A stretch of 64,000 nucleotides of DNA, taken from positions 21,824,001-21,888,000 of the forward strand of contig OZ024754.1 of assembly GCA_964016885.1 (NCBI GenBank). Direction: 5' to 3'. The stretch comes from Eledone cirrhosa (Eukaryota). Shown here piece after piece: positions 1 through 15,000 of this stretch. The notes beneath the pieces were generated by a model. It saw nothing but the letters and a program-made list of their open reading frames with translations, had not been told where the DNA came from and searched no databases. The position numbers were made by a program, and so were the translations under genes. How positions within the stretch are numbered: the stretch's first letter is position 1; each line of letters begins with the position of its first letter.

Positions 1-3000
1 ACTCCTGCTCCCAATACACACTCCTGCTCCCAATACACACACTCCTGCTCCCAATACACACACTCCTGCTCCCAATACACACACTCCTGCTCCCAATACA
101 CACTCATCTGCTCCCAATACACACTCCTGCTCCCAATACACACACTCCTGCTCCCAATACACACACTCCTGCTCCCAATACACATACTCCTGCTCCCAAT
201 ACACACTCCTGCTCCCAATACACACTCCTGCTCCCAATACACACTCCTGCTCCCAATACACACTCCTGCTCCCAATACACACACTCCTGCTCCCAATACA
301 CACACACCTGCTCCCAATACACACTCCTGCTCCCAATACACACACACCTGCTCCCAATACACACTCCTGCTCCCAATACACACTCCTGCTCCCAATACAC
401 ACACACCTGCTCCCAATAAACACTCCTGCTCCCAATACACACTCCTGCTCCCAATACACACTCCTGCTCCCAATACACACTCCTGCTCCCAATACACACT
501 CCTGCTCCCAATACACACACTCCTGCTCCCAATACACACTCCTGCTCCCAATACACACTCCTGCTCCCAATACACACACTCCTGCTCCCAATACACACAC
601 TCCTGCTCCCAATACACACACTCCTGCTCCCAATACACACTCCTGCTCCCAATACACACACTCCTGCTCCCAATACACACACTCCTGCTCCCAATACACA
701 CTCCTGCTCCCAATACACACTCCTGCTCCCAATACACACACTCCTGCTCCCAATACACACTCCTGCTCCCAATACACACACTCCTGCTCCCAATACACAC
801 ACACCTGCTCCCAATACACACTCCTGCTCCCAATACACACTCCTGCTCCCAATACACACACTCCTGCTCCCAATACACACACTCCTGCTCCCAATACACA
901 CACACCTGCTCCCAATACACACTCCTGCTCCCAATACACACTCCTGCTCCCAATACACACACTCCTGCTCCCAATACACACACTCCTGCTCCCAATACAC
1001 ACACACCTGCTCCCAATAAACACTCCTGCTCCCAATACACAGTCCTGCTCCCAATACACACACACCTGCTCCCAATACACACTCCTGCTCCCAATACACA
1101 CTCCTGCTCCCAATAAACACTCCTATTCCCAATACACACTCCTGCTCCCAATACACACTCCTGCTCCCAATAAACACTCCTGCTCCCAATACACAGTCCT
1201 GCTCCCAATACACACACACCTGCTCCCAATACACACTCCTGCTCCCAATACACACTCCTGCTCCCAATAAACACTCCTATTCCCAATACACACTCCTGCT
1301 CCCAATACACACTCCTGCTCCCAATACACACTCCTGCTCCCAATACACACTCATCTGCTCCCAATACACACTCCTGCTCCCAATATACACTCCCGCTCCC
1401 AATACACACACTCCTGCTCCCAATACACACACACCTGCTCCCAATACACACTCCTGCTCCCAATACACACTCCTGCTCCCAATACACACTCCTGCTCCCA
1501 ATACACACTCCTGCTCCCAATACACACACACCTGCTCCCAATACACACTCCTGCTCCCAATACACACTCCTGCTCCCAATACACACAATCCTGCTCCCAA
1601 TACACACTCCTGCTCCCAATACACACACACCTGCTCCCAATACACACTCCTGCTCCCAATACACACACCTGCTCCCAATACACACTCCTGCTCCCAATAC
1701 ACACACACCTGCTCCCAATACACACTCCTGCTCCCAATACACACTCCTGCTCCCAATACACACTCCTGCTCCCAACACACACACCTGCTCCCAATACACA
1801 CTCCTGCTCCCAATACACACTCCTGCTCTCAATACACACTCCTGCTCTCAATACACACTCCTGCTCCCAATACACACTCCTGCTCCCAATACACACTCCT
1901 GCTCCCAATACACACTCCTGCTCCCAATAAACACTCCTGCTCCCAATACACACTCCTGCTCCCAATACACACTCCTGCTCCCAATACACACTCCTGCTCC
2001 CAATACACACACTCCTGCTCCCAATACACACACTCCTGCTCCCAATACACACACTCCTGCTCCCAATACACACTCATCTGCTCCCAATACACACTCCTGC
2101 TCCCAATACACACACTCCTGCTCCCAATACACACACTCCTGCTCCCAATACACATACTCCTGCTCCCAATACACACTCCTGCTCCCAATACACACTCCTG
2201 CTCCCAATACACACTCCTGCTCCCAATACACACTCCTGCTCCCAATACACACACTCCTGCTCCCAATACACACACACCTGCTCCCAATACACACTCCTGC
2301 TCCCAATACACACACACCTGCTCCCAATACACACACTCCTGCTCCCAATACACACACACCTGCTCCCAATACACACTCCTGCTCCCAATACACACACACC
2401 TGCTCCCAATACACACTCCTGCTCCCAATACACACTCCTGCTCCCAATACACACACTCCTGCTCCCAATACACACTCCTGCTCCCAATACACACTCCTGC
2501 TCCCAATACACACACACCTGCTCCCAATAAACACTCCTGCTCCCAATACACACTCCTGCTCCCAATACACACTCCTGCTCCCAATACACACTCCTGCTCC
2601 CAATACACACTCCTGCTCCCAATACACACTCCTGCTCCCAATACACACACTCCTGCTCCCAATACACACTCCTGCTCCCAATACACACTCCTGCTCCCAA
2701 TACACACACTCCTGCTCCCAATACACACACTCCTGCTCCCAATACACACACTCCTGCTCCCAATACACACTCCTGCTCCCAATACACACACTCCTGCTCC
2801 CAATACACACACTCCTGCTCCCAATACACACTCCTGCTCCCAATACACACTCCTGCTCCCAATACACACACTCCTGCTCCCAATACACACTCCTGCTCCC
2901 AATACACACACTCCTGCTCCCAATACACACACACCTGCTCCCAATACACACTCCTGCTCCCAATACACACTCCTGCTCCCAATACACACACTCCTGCTCC

Positions 3001-6000
3001 CAATACACACACTCCTGCTCCCAATACACACACACCTGCTCCCAATAAACACTCCTGCTCCCAATACACAGTCCTGCTCCCAATACACACACACCTGCTC
3101 CCAATACACACACTCCTGCTCCCAATACACACTCCTGCTCCCAATAAACACTCCTATTCCCAATACACACTCCTGCTCCCAATATACACTCCCGCTCCCA
3201 ATACACACACTCCTGCTCCCAATACACACACACCTGCTCCCAATACACACTCCTGCTCCCAATACACACTCCTGCTCCCAATACACACTCCTGCTCCCAA
3301 TACACACTCCTGCTCCCAATACACACACTCCTGCTCCCAATACACACACACCTGCTCCCAATACACACTCCTGCTCCCAATACACACTCCTGCTCCCAAT
3401 ACACACTCCTGCTCCCAATACACACAATCCTGCTCCCAATACACACACACCTGCTCCCAATACACACACACCTGCTCCCAATACACACTCCTGCTCCCAA
3501 TACACACTCCTGCTCTCAATACACACTCCTGCTCCCAATACACACTCCTGCTCCCAATACACACACCTGCTCCCAATACACACTCCTGCTCCCAATACAC
3601 ACTCCTGCTCCCAATAAACACTCCTGCTCCCAATACACACTCCTGCTCCCAATACACACTCCTGCTCCCAATACACCCCCCTGCTCCCAATACACACTCC
3701 TGCTCCCAATACACACTCCTGCTCCCAATACACACACTCCTGCTCCCAATACACACACACCTGCTCCCAATACACACTCCTGCTCTCAATACACACTCCT
3801 GCTCCCAATACACACTCCTGCTCCCAATACACACTCCTGCTCCCAATACACACTCCTGCTCCCAATACACACTCCTGCTCCCAATACACACTCCTGCTCC
3901 CAATACACACTCCTGCTCCCAATACACACTCCTGCTCCCAATACACACTCCTGCTCCCAATACACACTCCTGCTCTCAATACACACACTCCTGCTCCCAA
4001 TACAGACTCCTGCTCCCAATACACACACTCCTGCTCCCAATACACACTCCTGCTCCCAATACACACTCCTGCTCCCAATACACACACTCCTGCTCCCAAT
4101 ACACACTCCTGCTCCCAATACACACTCCTGCTCCCAATACACACACACCTGCTCCCAATACACACTCCTGCTCTCAATACACACTCCTGCTCCCAATACA
4201 CACACCTGCTCCCAATACACACTCCTGCTCCCAATACACACTCATCTGCTCCCAATACACACTCCTGCTCCCAATACACACTCCTGCTCCCAATACACAC
4301 ACTCCTGCTCCCAATACACACTCCTGCTCCCAATACACACTCCTGCTCCCAATACACACACTCCTGCTCCCAATACACACTCCTGCTCCCAATACACACA
4401 CCTGCTCCCAATACACACTCCTGCTCCCAATACACACTCATCTGCTCCCAATACACACTCCTGCTCCCAATACACACTCCTGCTCCCAATACACACTCCT
4501 GCTCCCAATACACACTCCTGCTCTCAATACACACACTCCTGCTCCCAATACAGACTCCTGCTCCCAATACACACACTCCTGCTCCCAATACACACTCCTG
4601 CTCCCAATACACACTCCTGCTCCCAATACACACACTCCTGCTCCCAATACACACTCCTGCTCCCAATACACACTCCTGCTCCCAATACACACACACCTGC
4701 TCCCAATACACACTCCTGCTCTCAATACACACTCCTGCTCTCAATACACACTCCTGCTCCCAATACACACACCTGCTCCCAATACACACTCCTGCTCCCA
4801 ATACACACTCATCTGCTCCCAATACACACTCCTGCTCCCAATACACACTCCTGCTCCCAATACACACTCCTGCTCCCAATACACCCCCCTGCTCCCAATA
4901 CACACTCCTGCTCCCAATACACACTCCTGCTCCCAATACACACACTCCTGCTCCCAATACACACACACCTGCTCCCAATACACACTCCTGCTCTCAATAC
5001 ACACTCCTGCTCTCAATACACACTCCTGCTCCCAATACACACTCCTGCTCCCAATACACACTCCTGCTCCCAATACACACTCCTGCTCCCAATACACACT
5101 CCTGCTCCCAATACACACTCCTGCTCCCAATACACACTCCTGCTCCCAATACACACTCCTGCTCCCAATACACACTCCTGCTCCCAATACACACTCCTGC
5201 TCTCAATACACACACTCCTGCTCCCAATACAGACTCCTGCTCCCAATACACACACTCCTGCTCCCAATACACACTCCTGCTCCCAATACACACTCCTGCT
5301 CCCAATACACACACTCCTGCTCCCAATACACACTCCTGCTCCCAATACACACTCCTGCTCCCAATACACACACACCTGCTCCCAATACACACTCCTGCTC
5401 TCAATACACACTCCTGCTCTCAATACACACTCCTGCTCCCAATACACACACCTGCTCCCAATACACACTCCTGCTCCCAATACACACTCATCTGCTCCCA
5501 ATACACACTCCTGCTCCCAATACACACTCCTGCTCCCAATACACACTCCTGCTCTCAATACACACACTCCTGCTCCCAATACAGACTCCTGCTCCCAATA
5601 CACACACTCCTGCTCCCAATACACACTCCTGCTCCCAATACACACTCCTGCTCCCAATACACACACTCCTGCTCCCAATACACACTCCTGCTCCCAATAC
5701 ACACTCCTGCTCCCAATACACACACACCTGCTCCCAATACACACTCCTGCTCTCAATACACACTCCTGCTCTCAATACACACTCCTGCTCCCAATACACA
5801 CACCTGCTCCCAATACACACTCCTGCTCCCAATACACACTCATCTGCTCCCAATACACACTCCTGCTCCCAATACACACTCCTGCTCCCAATACACACTC
5901 CTGCTCTCAATACACACACTCCTGCTCCCAATACAGACTCCTGCTCCCAATACACACACTCCTGCTCCCAATACACACTCCTGCTCCCAATACACACTCC

Positions 6001-9000
6001 TGCTCCCAATACACACACTCCTGCTCCCAATACACACTCCTGCTCCCAATACACACTCCTGCTCCCAATACACACACACCTGCTCCCAATACACACTCCT
6101 GCTCTCAATACACACTCCTGCTCTCAATACACACTCCTGCTCCCAATACACACACCTGCTCCCAATACACACTCCTGCTCCCAATACACACTCATCTGCT
6201 CCCAATACACACTCCTGCTCCCAATACACACTCCTGCTCCCAATAAACACTCCTGCTCCCAATACACACTCATCTGCTCCCAATACACACTCCTGCTCCC
6301 AATACACACTCCTGCTCCCAATAAACACTCCTGCTCCCAATACACACACTCCTGCTCTCAATACACACTACTGCTCCCAATACACACTCATCTGCTCCCA
6401 ATACACACTCCTGCTCCCAATACACACTCCTGCTCCCAATACACACACTCCTGCTCCCAATACACACTCCTGCTCCCAATACACACTCCTGCTCCCAATA
6501 CACACTCCTGCTCCCAATACACACACTCCTGCTCCCAATACACACTCCTGCTCCCAATAAACACTCTTGCTCCCAATACACACTCTTGCTCCCAATACAC
6601 ACTCCTGCTCCCAATACACAATCCTGCTCCCAATACACACACTCCTGCTCCCAATACACACTCCTGCTCCCAATACACACACTCCAGCTCCCAATACACA
6701 CACTCCCGCTCCCAATACACACACTCCCGCTCCCAATACACACTCCTGCTCCCAATACACACTCCTGCTCCCAATACACACTCCTGCTCCCAATACACAC
6801 ACTCCTGCTCTCAATACACACTCCTGCTCCCAATACACACTCCTGCTCCCAATACACACTCCTGCTCCCAATACACACACTCCTGCTCCCAATACACACT
6901 CCTGCTCCCAATACACACACTCCTGCTCCCAATACACACTCCTGCTCCCAATACACACTCCTGCTCCCAATACACACACTCCTGCTCCCAATACACACTC
7001 CTGCTCCCAATACACACACTCCTGCTCTCAATACACACTCCTGCTCCCAATACACACTCCTGCTCCCAATACACACACTCCTGCTCCCAATACACACTCC
7101 TGCTCCCAATACACACTCCTGCTCCCAAAACACACACTCCTGCTCCCAATACACACTCCTGCTCCCAATACACACACTCCTGCTCCCAATACACACTCCT
7201 GCTCCCAATACACACTCCTGCTCCCAATACACACACTCCTGCTCCCAATACACACTCCTGCTCCCAATACACACACTCCTGCTCCCAATACACACTCCTG
7301 CTCCCAATACACACTCCTGCTCCCAATACACACTCCTGCTCCCAATACACACTCCTGCTCCCAATACACACACTCCTGCTCCCAATACACACTCCTGCTC
7401 CCAATACACACTCCTGCTCCCAATACACACTCCTGCTCCCAATACACACACTCCTGCTCTCAATACACACTCCTGCTCCCAATACACACACTCCTGCTCC
7501 CAATACACACACTCCTGCTCCCAATACACACACTCCTGCTCCCAATACACACTCCTGCTCCCAATACACACTCCTGCTCCCAATACACACTCCTGCTCCC
7601 AATACACACTCCTGCTCCCAATACACACTCCTGCTCCCAATACACACTCCTGCTCCCAATACACACACTCCTGCTCCCAATACACACTCCTGCTCCCAAT
7701 ACACACTCCTGCTCCCAATACACACTCCTGCTCCCAATACACACATCCTGCTCCCAATACACACTCCTGCTCCCAATACACACACTCCTGCTCCCAATAC
7801 ACACTCCTGCTCCCAATACACACACTCCTGCTCCCAATACACACACTCCTGCTCCCAATACACACTCATCTGCTCCCAATACACACTCCTGCTCCCAATA
7901 CACACTCCTGCTCCCAATACACACTCCTGCTCCCAATACACACTCCTGCTCCCAATACACACTCCTGCTCCCAATACACACACTCCTGCTCCCAATACAC
8001 ACACTCCTGCTCCCAACACACACACTCCTGCTCCCAATACACACTCCTGCTCCCAATACACACACTCCTGCTCCCAATACACACACTCCTGCTCCCAATA
8101 CACACTCATCTGCTCCCAATACACACTCCTGCTCCCAATACACACTCCTGCTCCCAATACACACACTCCTGCTCCCAATACACACTCCTGCTCCCAATAC
8201 ACACTCCTGCTCCCAATACACACTCCTGCTCCCAATACACACACTCCTGCTCCCAATACACACTCCTGCTCCCAATACACACACTCCTGCTCCCAATACA
8301 CACACTCCTGCTCCCAATACACACTCCTGCTCCCAATACACACACTCCTGCTCCCAATACACACTCCTGCTCCCAATACACACACTCCTGCTCCCAATAC
8401 ACACACTCCTGCTCCCAATACACACACTCCTGCTCCCAATACACACTCCTGCTCCCAATACACACACTCCTGCTCCCAATACACACTCCTGCTCCCAATA
8501 CACACACTCCTGCTCCCAATACACACTCCTGCTCCCAATACACACTCCTGCTCCCAATACACACTCCTGCTCCCAATAAACACTCCTGCTCCCAATACAC
8601 ACTCCTGCTCCCAATAAACACTCCTGCTCCCAATAAACACTCCTGCTCCCAATACACACTCCTGCTCCCAATACACACTCCTGCTCCCAATACACACACT
8701 CCTGCTCCCAATACACACTCCTGCTCCCAATACACACACTCCTGCTCCCAATAAACACTCCTGCTCCCAATACACACTCCTGCTCCCAATAAACACTCCT
8801 GCTCCCAATAAACACTCCTGCTCCCAATACACACTCCTGCTCCCAATAAACACTCCTGCTCCCAATACACACTCCTGCTCCCAATACACACTCCTGCTCC
8901 CAATAAACACTCCTGCTCCCAATAAACACTCCTGCTCCCAATACACACTCCTGCTCCCAATAAACACTCCTGCTCCCAATAAACACTCCTGCTCCCAATA

Positions 9001-12000
9001 CACACTCCTGCTCCCAATACACACTCCTGCTCCCAATACACACACTCCTGCTCCCAATACACACTCCTGCTCCCAATACACACACTCCTGCTCCCAATAA
9101 ACACTCCTGCTCCCAATACACACTCCTGCTCCCAATAAACACTCCTGCTCCCAATAAACACTCCTGCTCCCAATACACACTCCTGCTCCCAATAAACACT
9201 CCTGCTCCCAATAAACACTCCTGCTCCCAATACACACTCCTGCTCCCAATACACACTCCTGCTCCCAATAAACACTCCTGCTCCCAATACACACTCCTGC
9301 TCCCAATACACACTCCTGCTCCCAATACACACACTCCTGCTCCCAATACACACTCCTGCTCCCAATACACACACTCCTGCTCCCAATACACACTCCTGCT
9401 CCCAATACACACTCCTGCTCCCAATACACACTCCTGCTCCCAATACACACACTCCTGCTCCCAATAAACACTCCTGCTCCCAATACACACTCCTGCTCCC
9501 AATACACACTCCTGCTCCCAATACACACACTCCTGCTCCCAATAAACACTCCTGCTCCCAATACACACTCTCTGCTCCCAATACACACTCCTGCTCCCAA
9601 TAAACACTCCTGCTCCCAATACACACTCCTGCTCCCAATACACACTCCTGCTCCCAATACACACACTCCTGCTCCCAATACACACTCCTGCTCCCAATAC
9701 ACACACTCCTGCTCCCAATACACACTCCTGCTCCCAATACACACTCCTGCTCCCAATACACACTCCTGCTCCCAATACACACACTCCTGCTCCCAATAAA
9801 CACTCCTGCTCCCAATACACACTCCTGCTCCCAATACACACTCCTGCTCCCAATACACACTCCTGCTCCCAATACACACACTCCTGCTCCCAATACACAC
9901 TCCTGCTCCCAATACACACTCCTGCTCCCAATACACACTCCTGCTCCCAATACACACTCCTGCTCCCAATACACACTCCTGCTCCCAATACACACTCCTG
10001 CTCCCAATACACACTCCTGCTCCCAATACACACTCCTGCTCCCAATACACACTCCTGCTCCCAATACACACTCCTGCTCCCAATACACACTCCTGCTCCC
10101 AATACACACTCCTGCTCCCAATACACACTCCTGCTCCCAATACACACTCCTGCTCCCAATACACACTCCTGCTCCCAATACACACTCCTGCTCCCAATAC
10201 ACACTCCTGCTCCCAATACACACTCCTGCTCCCAATACACACTCCTGCTCCCAATACACACTCCTGCTCCCAATACACACTCCTGCTCCCAATACACACT
10301 CCTGCTCCCAATACACACTCCTGCTCCCAATACACACTCCTGCTCCCAATACACACTCCTGCTCCCAATACACACTCCTGCTCCCAATACACACTCCTGC
10401 TCCCAATACACACTCCTGCTCCCAATACACACTCCTGCTCCCAATACACACTCCTGCTCCCAATACACACTCCTGCTCCCAATACACACTCCTGCTCCCA
10501 ATACACACTCCTGCTCCCAATACACACTCCTGCTCCCAATACACACTCCTGCTCCCAATACACACTCCTGCTCCCAATACACACTCCTGCTCCCAATACA
10601 CACTCCTGCTCCCAATACACACTCCTGCTCCCAATACACACTCCTGCTCCCAATACACACTCCTGCTCCCAATACACACTCCTGCTCCCAATACACACTC
10701 CTGCTCCCAATACACACTCCTGCTCCCAATACACACTCCTGCTCCCAATACACACTCCTGCTCCCAATAACACACTCCTGCTCCCAATAACACACTCCTG
10801 CTCCCAATACACACTCCTGCTCCCAATAAACACTCCTGCTCCCAATACACACTCCTGCTCCCAATACACACTCCTGCTCCCAATACACACTCCTGCTCCC
10901 AATACACACACTCCTGCTCCCAATACACACTCCTGCTCCCAATACACACTCCTGCTCCCAATAAACACTCCTGCTCCCAATACACACTCCTGCTCCCAAT
11001 ACACACTCCTGCTCCCAATACACACTCCTGCTCCCAATACACACACTCCTGCTCCCAATACACACACTCCTGCTCCCAATACACACTCCTGCTCCCAATA
11101 CACACTCCTGCTCCCAATACACACTCCTGCTCCCAATAACACACTCCTGCTCCCAATACACACACTCCTGCTCCCAATACACACACTCCTGCTCCCAATA
11201 CACACTCCTGCTCCCAATACACACTCCTGCTCCCAATACACACTCCTGCTCCCAATACACACTCCTGCTCCCAATACACACTCCTGCTCCCAATAAACAC
11301 TCCTGCTCCCAATACACACTCCTGCTCCCAATACACACTCCTGCTCCCAATACACACTCCTGCTCCCAATACACACTCCTGCTCCCAATACACACTCCTG
11401 CTCCCAATACACACTCCTGCTCCCAATACACACTCCTGCTCCCAATACACACACTCCTGCTCCCAATACACACACTCCTGCTCCCAATACACACTCCTGC
11501 TCCCAATACACACTCCTGCTCCCAATACACACTCCTGCTCCCAATACACACACTCCTGCTCCCAATACACACACTCCTGCTCCCAATACACACTCCTGCT
11601 CCCAATACACACTCCTGCTCCCAATAAACACTCCTGCTCCCAATACACACTCCTGCTCCCAATACACACTCCTGCTCCCAATACACACTCCTGCTCCCAA
11701 TACACACTCCTGCTCCCAATACACACTCCTGCTCCCAATACACACTCCTGCTCCCAATAAACACTCCTGCTCCCAATACACACTCCTGCTCCCAATACAC
11801 ACTCCTGCTCCCAATACACACACTCCTGCTCCCAATACACACACTCCTGCTCCCAATACACACTCCTGCTCCCAATACACACTCCTGCTCCCAATACACA
11901 CTCCTGCTCCCAATAAACACTCCTGCTCCCAATACACACTCCTGCTCCCAATACACACTCCTGCTCCCAATACACACTCCTGCTCCCAATAAACACTCCT

Positions 12001-15000
12001 GCTCCCAATAAACACTCCTGCTCCCAATACACACTCCTGCTCCCAATACACACACTCCTGCTCCCAATACACACTCCTGCTCCCAATACACACACTCCTG
12101 CTCCCAATACACACTCCTGCTCCCAATACACACTCCTGCTCCCAATAAACACTCCTGCTCCCAATACACACTCCTGCTCCCAATACACACTCCTGCTCCC
12201 AATACACACTCCCTGCTCCCAATACACACTCCTGCTCCCAATACACACACTCCTGCTCCCAATACACACTCCTGCTCCCAATACACACTCCTGCTCCCAA
12301 TACACACACTCCTGCTCCCAATACACACTCCTGCTCCCAATACACACACTCCTGCTCCCAATACACACTCCTGCTCCCAATACACACTCCTGCTCCCAAT
12401 AAACACTCCTGCTCCCAATACACACTCCTGCTCCCAATACACACTCCTGCTCCCAATACACACTCCTGCTCCCAATACACACACTCCTGCTCCCAATACA
12501 CACTCCTGCTCCCAATACACACACTCCTGCTCCCAATACACACACTCCTGCTCCCAATACACACTCCTGCTCCCAATACACACTCCTGCTCCCAATACAC
12601 ACACTCCTGCTCCCAATACACACTCCTGCTCCAATACACACTCCTGCTCCCAATACACACTCCTGCTCCCAATACACACTCCTGCTCCCAATACACACTC
12701 CTGCTCCCAATACACACTCCTGCTCCCAATACACACTCCTGCTCCCAATACACACTCCTGCTCCCAATACACACTCCTGCTCCCAATACACACTCCTGCT
12801 CCCAATACACACTCCTGCTCCCAATACACACTCCTGCTCCCAATACACCACTCCTGCTCCCAATACACACTCCTGCTCCCAATACACACCTCCTGCTCCC
12901 AATACACACTCCTGCTCCCAATACACACTCCTGCTCCCAATACACACTCCTGCTCCCAATACACACTCCTGCTCCCAATACACACTCCTGCTCCCAATAC
13001 ACACTCCTGCTCCCAATACACACTCCTGCTCCCAATACCACACTCCTCGCTCCCAATACACACTCCTGCTCCCAATACACACACTCCTGCTCCCAATACA
13101 CACTCCTGCTCCCAATACACACTCCTGCTCCCAATACACACTCCTGCTCCCAATACACACTCCTGCTCCAATACACACTCCTGCTCCCAATACACACTCC
13201 TGCTCCCAATAAACACTCCTGCTCCCAATACACACTCCTGCTCCCAATACACACTCCTGCTCCCAATACACACTCCTGCTCCCAATACACACTCCTGCTC
13301 TCCAATACACACTCCTGCTCCCAATACACACTCCTGCTCCCAATACACACTCCTGCTCCCAATACACACACTCCTGCTCCCAATACACACTCCTGCTCCC
13401 AATACACACTCCTGCTCCCAATACACACTCCTGCTCCCAATACACACTCCTGCTCCCAATACACACTCCTGCTCCCAATACACACTCCTGCTCCCAATAC
13501 ACACTCCTGCTCCCAATACACACTCCTGCTCCCAATACACACTCCTGCTCCCAATACAACACTCCTGCTCCCAATACACACTCCTGCTCCCAATAAACAC
13601 TCCTGCTCCCAATACACACTCCTGCTCCCAATACACACTCCTGCTCCCAAATACACACTCCTGCTCCCAATACACACTCCTGCTCCCAATACACACTCCT
13701 GCTCCCAATACACACTCCTGCTCCCAATACACACTCCTGCTCCCAATACACACTCCTGCTCCCAATACACACTCCTGCTCCCAATAAACACTCCTGCTCC
13801 CAATACACACTCCTGCTCCCAATACACACTCCTGCTCCCAATACACACTCCTGCTCCCAATACACACTCCTGCTCCCAATACACACTCCTGCTCCCAATA
13901 CACACTCCTGCTCCCAATACACACTCCTGCTCCCAATACACACTCCTGCTCCCAATACACACTCCTGCTCCCAATACACACTCCTGCTCCCAATACACAC
14001 TCCTGCTCCCAATACACACTCCTGCTCCCAATACACACTCCTGCTCCCAATACACACTCCTGCTCCCAATACACACTCCTGCTCCCAATACACACTCCTG
14101 CTCCCAATACACACTCCTGCTCCCAATACACACTCCTGCTCCCAATACACACTCCTGCTCCCAATACACACTCCTGCTCCCAATACACACTCCTGCTCCC
14201 AATACACACTCCTGCTCCCAATACACACTCCTGCTCCCAATACACACTCCTGCTCCCAATACACACTCCTGCTCCCAATACACACTCCTGCTCCCAATAC
14301 ACACTCCTGCTCCCAATACACACACTCCTGCTCCCAATACACACTCCTGCTCCCAATACACACTCCTGCTCCCAATACACACTCCTGCTCCCAATACACA
14401 CACTCCTGCTCCCAATACACACTCCTGCTCCCAATACACACTCCTGCTCCCAATACACACTCCTGCTCCCAATACACACTCCTGCTCCCAATACACACTC
14501 CTGCTCCCAATACACACTCCTGCTCCCAATACACACTCCTGCTCCCAATACACACTCCTGCTCCCAATACACACTCCTGCTCCCAATACACACTCCTGCT
14601 CCCAATACACACTCCTGCTCCCAATACACACTCCTGCTCCCAATACACACTCCTGCTCCCAATACACACTCCTGCTCCCAATACACACTCCTGCTCCCAA
14701 TACACACTCCTGCTCCCAATACACACTCCTGCTCCCAATACACACTCCTGCTCCCAATACACACTCCTGCTCCCAATACACACTCCTGCTCCCAATACAC
14801 ACTCCTGCTCCCAATACACACTCCTGCTCCCAATACACACTCCTGCTCCCAATACACACTCCTGCTCCCAATACACACTCCTGCTCCCAATACACACTCC
14901 TGCTCCCAATACACACTCCTGCTCCCAATACACACTCCTGCTCCCAATACACACTCCTGCTCCCAATACACACTCCTGCTCCCAATACACACTCCTGCTC

